From Candidatus Tepidifontimicrobium thermophilum (GTDB lineage: Bacteria; Sysuimicrobiota; Sysuimicrobiia; Sysuimicrobiales; Sysuimicrobiaceae), in the NCBI GenBank assembly GCA_031459915.1, contig JAVKHO010000006.1:58475-122474 (forward strand): a DNA stretch of 64,000 nt, given 5' to 3'. Below are positions 58,408-64,000 of the stretch, one piece after another; position 1 is the stretch's first letter; each line of letters starts with the position of its first letter. The notes beneath the pieces were generated by a model that worked only from the letters and a program-made list of their open reading frames with translations, made no database searches and had not been told where the DNA came from. Position numbers and translations under genes: made by a program.

Positions 58408-58416
58408 TGCTATACT
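58408..58416 (+). promoter_or_regulatory. extended -10 promoter element TGcTATACT upstream of the superoxide dismutase gene
   Basis: TGC+TATACT at 58408-58416, 55 nt upstream of GTG 58472. No convincing -35. Same TATACTGGGG string as in the MerR promoter at 46069. Confidence 0.4.
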
Positions 58417-58471
58417 GGGGGCGAGCTCGCCGGGAAACCCTTCAAACCTACCCGCGAAAGGAGGGTTGCGC

Positions 58472-59086
58472 GTGAGGTACGAGGCCAAGAAGTTCAAGTC
58501 CTTCGAGGTGGAGCTGGACGGGATCAGCAAGCGCACCATGGAGGAGCACTACAAGCTGTACCAGGGCTACGTCAACAAGGCGAACGAGATCCTGGACAAG
58601 CTGGCAGCCCTGGACAAGGACCCCGCCAAGGCCAACCCCACCTACTCCGAGCTGCGGGTGCTGAAGGTGGAACTCACCCGCGCGTTAGGCGGGGTCAAGA
58701 ACCACGAGATCTACTTCGACCACCTGGGAGGGCCCGGCGGGAAGCCCGAGGGTGCCCTGTTGCGCCTTATCGAGCGGGACTTCGGGTCCTTCGAGGAGTG
58801 GCAGAAGGACCTCAAGGCCACGGGGATCGCGGCCCGGGGCTGGGCCTGGACCGCTTACGACTGGGACACGGGGAAGCTCTTCAACTACATCGGGGACGAA
58901 CAGAACACCTACCCGGTGTGGAACTGCACGCCCCTCGTGGCCCTGGACGTGTTCGAGCACGCGTACTTCATCGACTTCGGGACGAACAAGGGCGGGTACA
59001 TCGACGCCTTCTTCCGCAACCTGGACTGGCGTGCGGTCGCCAAGCGGGCGGAGGCGTTCGGGATCTTCACCCACGCCAAGGTGTGA
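58472..59086 (+). CDS. Fe/Mn-family superoxide dismutase
   Basis: AAAGGAGGG RBS followed by GTG 58472. Metal ligand contexts EEHYKLYQGYV, NHEIYF and DVFEHAYF. Confidence 0.85.
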   Translation: MRYEAKKFKSFEVELDGISKRTMEEHYKLYQGYVNKANEILDKLAALDKDPAKANPTYSELRVLKVELTRALGGVKNHEIYFDHLGGPGGKPEGALLRLIERDFGSFEEWQKDLKATGIAARGWAWTAYDWDTGKLFNYIGDEQNTYPVWNCTPLVALDVFEHAYFIDFGTNKGGYIDAFFRNLDWRAVAKRAEAFGIFTHAKV

Positions 59087-59166
59087 GTCGGCCCGCGGAG
59101 CAGCAGGAGGATTCCAGAGGGGGTCGAAGGAAGGGCACACGGGAAAGCTGGGGCAGTGGGGGAGCC

Positions 59167-59340
59167 ATGCGGGAGCCGGTCCTGACGTGTCCGTACTGCG
59201 AGACCGTGATGGTGACGTGTTACGAGCCGAGGGCCGAGGAGGCCTCCTGGTACGAGTGTCCCATCTGCGGACACCGGGTGGAGCCGCACGGCCTGCGGTC
59301 CCTGGACGACGAGATGCCGTCCCAGCTCCACCCGCAGTGA
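59167..59340 (+). CDS. small zinc-ribbon protein (57 aa)
   Basis: GGGGGAG RBS followed by ATG 59167. CPYC-x17-CPIC. Paralogous in layout to the next ORF (CP.C...M....(13)...YEC..CG). Confidence 0.55.
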   Translation: MREPVLTCPYCETVMVTCYEPRAEEASWYECPICGHRVEPHGLRSLDDEMPSQLHPQ

Positions 59341-59353
59341 ATCCCCACCGGCC

Positions 59354-59629
59354 ATGACGGTGCCCTTCAACCGACCCTGTCCGCAGTGCGGCGGTGAGAT
59401 GGAGCTCCTGGCCTCCGACGAGCTGGGTGCGGTCGTGGTGTACGAGTGTGCGGAGTGCGGCTACCAGGCCAAGGAGCGGGTCGAGGAGGTCCTGGAGCCC
59501 GAGGAGGAGGACGAGGTGGCCCTCCAGCCAGAAGAGGAAGAAGAGGAGTTCCCCGAGGAGGAAGAGGACGAGGAATTCGACGATTCTCTCTGGGACGACG
59601 AGGAGGAGGAAGAGGACGCCTGGAGGTAG
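59354..59629 (+). CDS. small zinc-ribbon protein with extremely acidic C-terminal tail (91 aa)
   Basis: CPQC-x17-CAEC. 31 of the last 49 residues are D/E (EEEDE...EEEEEE...EEEEDEE...DDEEEEED). Confidence 0.6.
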   Translation: MTVPFNRPCPQCGGEMELLASDELGAVVVYECAECGYQAKERVEEVLEPEEEDEVALQPEEEEEEFPEEEEDEEFDDSLWDDEEEEEDAWR

Positions 59630-59714
59630 GTCCTCCCAGGAGGGCCGGCTCTTTTTCGGGGCCGTCCGCCGCCCGGGCGCCGTGGGGCCGGGCAAGCTTC
59701 GGTGCGGGCATTCC

Positions 59715-60209
59715 GTGCAGCTGACGTACGCCACGGTTCGCACGCCCGCGGGGACGGCGCTCGTGGTAGCGACCCCGCGCGGCGTGTGCGCGATCCAACT
59801 AGGCGACCGGGCGGACGGGCTGTTACGCCGCCTGAAGAAGGCCCAGCCCGACATCCGCCTGCGCCGCGGGGGGCGCTTGGTGCGAGCGGCGGTGCGGGCG
59901 CTGCATGCGTACCTGCACGGCAAGGCGGTGAGGGTCCCCCTGGACGTGCACGGGACTCCCTTCCAGATGAAGGTCTGGTTAGCCCTACGGGGCATCCCGC
60001 GGGGCCAGACGCGCACGTACGCGCAGGTGGCGCGCGGGATCGGCCGCCCCACCGCGTCGCGGGCGGTGGCCCGCGCGTGCGGGGCCAACCCCGTGGCCAT
60101 CCTGATCCCCTGCCACCGCGTGGTCCGGTCCGACGGGCAGCTGGGCGGCTACCGGTGGGGAGAGCTCCGAAAGCGCGCGCTGTTGCGCTACGAGCAGAAC
60201 GCGACCTGA
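59715..60209 (+). CDS. ogt: methylated-DNA--protein-cysteine methyltransferase
   Basis: GTPFQMKVW..L..IP.G.T.TY..VA and active site IPCHRVV. GTG 59715 (59682 is the alternative). Confidence 0.85.
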   Translation: MQLTYATVRTPAGTALVVATPRGVCAIQLGDRADGLLRRLKKAQPDIRLRRGGRLVRAAVRALHAYLHGKAVRVPLDVHGTPFQMKVWLALRGIPRGQTRTYAQVARGIGRPTASRAVARACGANPVAILIPCHRVVRSDGQLGGYRWGELRKRALLRYEQNAT

Positions 60210-60231
60210 CCCCTTCTGACCGCCCCTCGCT

Positions 60232-60930
60232 CTACGTTCGCCCACCGGACTCCAGGTACGCGCGGGCTCGCTCCGCGTCCACCCACACCCGGCGGCGGGC
60301 GGTGCGCACCAGCCCCCCTCGCGCCAGCTCCCGCAGCGTCAGGGTCACCGTCTCCCGGCTGCAGCCAACCATGTCCGCCAGGTCCTGGTGGCTGAGCCCC
60401 ACGTTCAACCGCCGGAAGGGCCCCTCCGCCGACCCGAAAGTCTCCGCCAGCTTGACCAGCAGGTGCAGCAACCGCGTGCGGACACTGGACAGGGCCAGCT
60501 CCTCCAGCAGGTCCTCCAGCTCTCGCAGCCGGCCGGACAGCACCCGGACCATGCGCACCGCCACCTCCGGGTACGCGCGCATCAGCCGCTCCAGGTCCGC
60601 GTCCCGCAGCACACACAGGAGCACGTCCGTCAGGGCCTCCGCGAAGCTGTGCCGGGTACCGGTGGACAGGCCTTCGAGCTCGCCGAACACGTTCCCAGGG
60701 CCTACGAGGCTCACCGTGAGCTGACGTCCCTCCGGAGTGACCCGGTACAGGCGCACGTAGCCCCGCTTCACGAGGTACAGGACCGGTTCGAAGCGGGTGG
60801 GGTCCAGCAACCGGGCGCCCCGCGGCGCGGACTGCACCGCAGCCAGGCGGTCCACCGCCTGCAGCTCCTCCGGGGACAGCTGCCGGAACAGGTCGATCTG
60901 GTTCAGGTACGCGATCTTGTCCACCGCCAC
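60232..60930 (-). CDS. Crp/Fnr-family transcriptional regulator
   Basis: N-terminal cNMP-binding-like beta-roll (..G..L...G........YLV..G.V.L......G) and C-terminal HTH LSHQDLADMVGCSRETVTLTLRELARGGLV. No N-terminal FNR Cys cluster is seen. Confidence 0.85.
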   Translation of the reverse strand: MAVDKIAYLNQIDLFRQLSPEELQAVDRLAAVQSAPRGARLLDPTRFEPVLYLVKRGYVRLYRVTPEGRQLTVSLVGPGNVFGELEGLSTGTRHSFAEALTDVLLCVLRDADLERLMRAYPEVAVRMVRVLSGRLRELEDLLEELALSSVRTRLLHLLVKLAETFGSAEGPFRRLNVGLSHQDLADMVGCSRETVTLTLRELARGGLVRTARRRVWVDAERARAYLESGGRT

Positions 60931-60979
60931 CCCGCGGGCCGGCGGCTGCCGAGACCCGTGAGCTCCGGGAGCAACGGAC

Positions 60980-62044
60980 CTACGTGCGCCACGTGGGCGG
61001 CCCGGTCACGGGGGCGGGACAGTTCACCACGAACAGTTCGCCCTTCGTGTCGGGGGTGCCCGGCCAACGCCGGAGCCGGCCCGCCCTCTCCTCCGCCGCG
61101 ATCTCCGCCTCGCTGCGCAGCACCCTCGGACGGACACCGTCCTTCCACGTGAACGTGTAGTGGTCCCAAAACGGACTCCAGATGGCGTCTCCCGGGTTGG
61201 AGTCGAACACAGAAGGCTGAAAGCCCATGGGGCCGGGGCCCCGGATGCCGTTCCCGAACACCAGGATCTTGGCGGTGGCACCCAGCGCGGTCAGCGCCCC
61301 GGTCTTGGGCGACGCGGCCACCTTCATCATGGGCGCCATAGGGACCGCGGAAGTGTCGGTGACGATGTACCAGTGGTTGGGGAAGCACTGGTGCAGCTTG
61401 AAGGTGACCTCCCGTCGGTCCACGTCGGGGTCCTCCAGCAGCTGTCCCGGCCCCAGGTACTGCACCCGCTGCCGATCCACGGGCAGCTGCCCGTCCGGCC
61501 ACCGCACCACGGGGTAGTTTACCACCACCCCCGTAGCCTCCACCTGTACCTGGCCCGCACTCTCCGCGTCCCGCACCGCTTCCGCAGACTGCAGCAACCG
61601 GGGCCGACTCCTCCACGTCACCCGGTGCACCCGGAAGGCCGGGGTGAAGTCGTCCCGCCCCGGGGCGGTGCTCACCACGGGCAGCTGGCCCGAAGCACCG
61701 CCCGAGAACAGGTAGAAGTCCGCGGTGGCCTCGCCGCGCAGCGCCAGCGCCAGTTTGGGGACGAACACCAGGCCCCGCGCTTGCGCGAAGGCCTGGTCCG
61801 AGGCGTCCGTGCGGATGTAGTAGACGCGCTTGCCGTCGAAGAAGGCCCCGTGCAGCCGGAAGGTCACGAACCCGAACAGCCCCCTCCAGCCCTGCGGCCG
61901 CGTGGAGAACCGGAGCACGTCCCCCACGTTCTTCCGGGCCGGCGCGGCCGCCCAGGCGGGCGGGACCAACCAGCCTGCCGCCAGCCCCACACCCACGGCA
62001 GCGGAGCGGGCCAAGAACTCCCTCCGGTTCATCGGCTCCTGCAT
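60980..62044 (-). CDS. Tat-signal exported protein of unknown function (354 aa)
   Basis: GGGGGGAGG RBS followed by ATG 62044. Twin-arginine signal MNRREFLARSAAVGVGLAAGWLVPPAWA-AAP. I recognise no motif in the mature part. Confidence 0.7.
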   Translation of the reverse strand: MQEPMNRREFLARSAAVGVGLAAGWLVPPAWAAAPARKNVGDVLRFSTRPQGWRGLFGFVTFRLHGAFFDGKRVYYIRTDASDQAFAQARGLVFVPKLALALRGEATADFYLFSGGASGQLPVVSTAPGRDDFTPAFRVHRVTWRSRPRLLQSAEAVRDAESAGQVQVEATGVVVNYPVVRWPDGQLPVDRQRVQYLGPGQLLEDPDVDRREVTFKLHQCFPNHWYIVTDTSAVPMAPMMKVAASPKTGALTALGATAKILVFGNGIRGPGPMGFQPSVFDSNPGDAIWSPFWDHYTFTWKDGVRPRVLRSEAEIAAEERAGRLRRWPGTPDTKGELFVVNCPAPVTGPPTWRT

Positions 62045-62268
62045 CGGTGACCTCCCCCCTGGGTGGCCTCCCGCTTCCCCGCCCTCGCCTCCGACGGAGC
62101 CCCACCGTGGGCCGCGCGGAGGTGTTCCTCCCATCCCTGTCGGGTGTAGAAGCGGACGCCGCAGCAGGACCCCACGGGCTGCCGTTGTACTCCGTGGGTC
62201 TCCACGTCGTGGCCTACCAGCGCCTCTTCGCTCTCGAACTGCCAGCCGCAGCACTCCCACCTGGCCAC
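62029..62268 (-). CDS. small protein (79 aa) with two tandem C2H2-like CC-x3-F-x5-(L/W)-x2-H-x4-H motifs and a basic tail
   Basis: GGAGGAGG RBS followed by GTG 62268. WECCGWQFESEEALVGHDVETHG and GSCCGVRFYTRQGWEEHLRAAHG. High GC3. The 3' end overlaps the Tat-protein start by 16 nt. Confidence 0.55.
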   Translation of the reverse strand: MARWECCGWQFESEEALVGHDVETHGVQRQPVGSCCGVRFYTRQGWEEHLRAAHGGAPSEARAGKREATQGGGHRCRSR

Positions 62269-62377
62269 GCTCTCACCTCCTCCCACTGGTCTGACTCAGA
62301 TGCCGTCCACGCACCCTTTTCCCCACCGGCTCCTTCCCCAGCGCGGGGCCCGAGGGGTGGGCTCCGGCCCTGCAGCC

Positions 62378-63532
62378 TCACGGCCGGTACACCCGGGTGT
62401 CGGGCCGGAAGGCCGCCCACGCGAACCAGAAGTAGGTCCCGTGGACCACAGGCTTCAGCTGCCACCCCCGCAGGGGCCCCTGCACCGCCCGACCGAACAG
62501 GTCCCACGCGCTCCCGGTCTGACCGTCCTCAAGCCGGCCCTCCCGAAACCGGAAGCTGACTAGGCGGCCGGCCACCACCCGTTCGAACACCCCCACCGCG
62601 CCCACGTCCCGCGAGCCCGCAATGTTCTCTCGGTCCACGGCCGAGGCCACGCCCGGTGCCCACACCACCACGATGGGACGGCTCCCGACCCGGTCGTTCA
62701 CTACCCGCGCCTCCTTCAGAACCTCGAAGGGGTACGCCACCGCTTCTCGACCGCCGGTTACCGCCACTACCCGCTCCATGGGCCGCAGTCGCCGGTCCTG
62801 CGGCCCGTCGTACAGAAACGGCGAGCTCCGGGCGTCGTCGTAGCCCACGTACGGGTTCCGCCCGTAGGCCCGGCGGAACCCGGTATCCCGGTTCAGCACC
62901 CGTCCCTGCGGGTAGGCCCGCGCGAACTGCGCCCACGCCACCATCTGGGCTGGCACGGACTCCAGCCGCGTCCCCACCAGCTCGCCCACGATGGCCTCGC
63001 CCGTCATCTGCTGCCACCACGACTCCGTCTGGCGGTCGTACATAACGAGGTCGGAGTAACGGAGCTTGCCCGTAGTCCCGAAGTCCAGCACCCTGCCCGC
63101 GGCGCGCCGGCGGAAGGCGATGGCAGCGTTGCACAGGGGACAGAAGGTGACCGCCAGGGGTTCCCCGGCGACCACGTCGTTCACGATCTCGTGCCAGATC
63201 AGGATCTGCACGGGGTACGCGCGGGCCTCGCCTCGCACCTTTACCACCACCACCGGCTCCGGGTCCCGCAGCCATCCCCGGGCCTGCGGCACCGTGTCGA
63301 ACCTGGGTCGGTCCACCGCAGGAATCCCATCCCGGGGAGGCCCACCCTCCCGGATCTCCCGGAGGGGCACCGAGTGCCTCCGGAAGTCGGTCTTCCAGCT
63401 CCCCGAGTCCGCGAACGGCACTCCGTCCCCCTCGTGTGCGGCAAACCCTACGGGGGTGAAGAAGAGGACGAGGACCACCAGTCCCACGCCCGCGCGCAAC
63501 CGACTCCGCCTCGGTTCTGGGACCTGGCTCAC
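62378..63532 (-). CDS. membrane-anchored DUF3179-domain protein
   Basis: GTG 63532 overlaps the upstream stop (GTGA). TM GVGLVVLVLFFTPVGFAA. DGIPA...P.F, AYP..IL.WHEIVND, TFCPLCN and FG.TGKL..S.LVMYD..TES.W.Q motifs, as I remember DUF3179. Confidence 0.72.
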   Translation of the reverse strand: MSQVPEPRRSRLRAGVGLVVLVLFFTPVGFAAHEGDGVPFADSGSWKTDFRRHSVPLREIREGGPPRDGIPAVDRPRFDTVPQARGWLRDPEPVVVVKVRGEARAYPVQILIWHEIVNDVVAGEPLAVTFCPLCNAAIAFRRRAAGRVLDFGTTGKLRYSDLVMYDRQTESWWQQMTGEAIVGELVGTRLESVPAQMVAWAQFARAYPQGRVLNRDTGFRRAYGRNPYVGYDDARSSPFLYDGPQDRRLRPMERVVAVTGGREAVAYPFEVLKEARVVNDRVGSRPIVVVWAPGVASAVDRENIAGSRDVGAVGVFERVVAGRLVSFRFREGRLEDGQTGSAWDLFGRAVQGPLRGWQLKPVVHGTYFWFAWAAFRPDTRVYRP

Positions 63533-63951
63533 TCCAACCACGCCGCGTACACCGTCGCCACCGCCAACCCATAAAGCCCGTGCCCCACCAGCACGCCCAT
63601 CGCAGCAGTCCCCCCCGTAGGGAGCTGCCCCCTCCGCGGGTGCACCGACTGCATCGCCGGCATCGCCCGCACGGCCACGAGGCCGCGGAATAGGCCAAAC
63701 ACGATCCCCGAACCCAGAGTCGCGGCCCCGACGCGGGTGCTCCACAAGAGCGCGTAGACCACCACGAAGACCGCGCCCATGCCTAAGTGCAACATCCGAC
63801 CCAGGACAGCGGCCGCCGTTCCGGGACCGGCGAGCATGGTACCGAGGGCTCCCGCCATGTCCGTGCGCCGCATGCCCATCCAGGGGCCCAAAGCTCGTGG
63901 CCGCAGTACCCCAACCGCTGACCACCTCAGGTCCCCACGCCATCCCGGCAC
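63529..63951 (-). CDS. small hypothetical polytopic membrane protein (start uncertain: 63951, 63879 or 63858)
   Basis: 3-4 hydrophobic stretches (GMGAVFVVVYALLW, GSGIVFGLFRGLVAV, GVLVGHGLYGLAVATVYAAW). Translationally coupled to the DUF3179 gene. Confidence 0.5.
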   Translation of the reverse strand: MPGWRGDLRWSAVGVLRPRALGPWMGMRRTDMAGALGTMLAGPGTAAAVLGRMLHLGMGAVFVVVYALLWSTRVGAATLGSGIVFGLFRGLVAVRAMPAMQSVHPRRGQLPTGGTAAMGVLVGHGLYGLAVATVYAAWLE

Positions 63952-64000
63952 CTCCGAAAAGCTCCCCCCTCCGGAGGCTGCTGCAGAGGCGCTGAGCCGT

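Noticed and set aside
59476-59625. A purine-rich GAG/GAA tract that looks like a DNA tandem repeat
   Set aside because: It has no fixed repeat unit. It is simply the codon-level consequence of the poly-D/E tail of the 91-aa zinc-ribbon protein.
56215-60209. Possible genomic island inserted at tRNA-Leu
   Set aside because: I found no integrase or recombinase and no direct repeat of the tRNA 3' end by eye. GC content and codon style match the flanks. The genes are ordinary stress and repair functions (sigma factor, sod, ogt).
1-64000. Scan for CRISPR arrays, rRNA genes, IS elements/transposases, toxin-antitoxin pairs and known defence-system hallmarks
   Set aside because: No spaced direct repeats, rRNA-like stretches, transposase/integrase motifs or defence-gene signatures were recognised. 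The DUF1998 helicase is a stand-alone YprA/MrfA type, without DISARM-like partners.

Overview
High-GC (by eye about two-thirds or more G+C) bacterial chromosomal segment. It is densely coded, mostly housekeeping, and has strong GGAGG-type ribosome-binding sites and many 1-4 nt stop/start overlaps. I call about 68 CDS, one tRNA-Leu(CAG), one SAM-I riboswitch, a few promoter-like elements and one GC-palindrome terminator candidate. I saw no rRNA, CRISPR array, transposase or integrase. Main blocks:

- TctC/TctA transporter fragment.
- rsmA plus a YabE-like 3D/G5 protein. Together with a GerMN protein this suggests a Firmicutes-like (Limnochordia/Thermaerobacter/Symbiobacterium-like) lineage, at low confidence.
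- Methylmalonyl-CoA epimerase / MeaB / mutase catalytic subunit.
- A form-II coxSLM molybdo-hydroxylase.
- UDG and GNAT genes.
- S-box riboswitch followed by thrB and a thrC-like gene.
- Adenine deaminase and lgt.
- An aldolase-II / Zn-ADH / cupin trio.
- An ABC-2 exporter with a NEW3-like membrane protein.
- Lipid kinase.
- fixCX immediately downstream of a complete 14-gene nuoA-N operon.
- Cysteine desulfurase.
- A roughly 1420-aa 4xGAF-PAS-GGDEF-EAL protein.
- MerR, PHP histidinol phosphatase, Nudix and thyX.
- A paaK-paaI-MFS-GNAT string.
- rsmI and a YprA/MrfA-type helicase.
- tRNA-Leu.
- An ECF sigma / ZAS anti-sigma / LTXXQ module divergent from a superoxide dismutase.
- Small zinc-ribbon proteins and ogt.
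- Crp/Fnr plus an uncharacterised envelope cluster: a Tat-exported protein, a small protein with two C2H2-like fingers, DUF3179 and a small membrane protein.

The most interesting observations are:
1. A textbook SAM-I riboswitch in front of homoserine kinase and a threonine-synthase-like gene.
2. The C2H2-like / Tat / DUF3179 cluster.
3. fixCX appended to the complex I operon.

Many long ORFs in the six-frame track are GC-driven shadow ORFs and were rejected. Start codons were chosen by hand from RBS position, upstream stop codons and homologue N-termini. They are less certain than stop coordinates.
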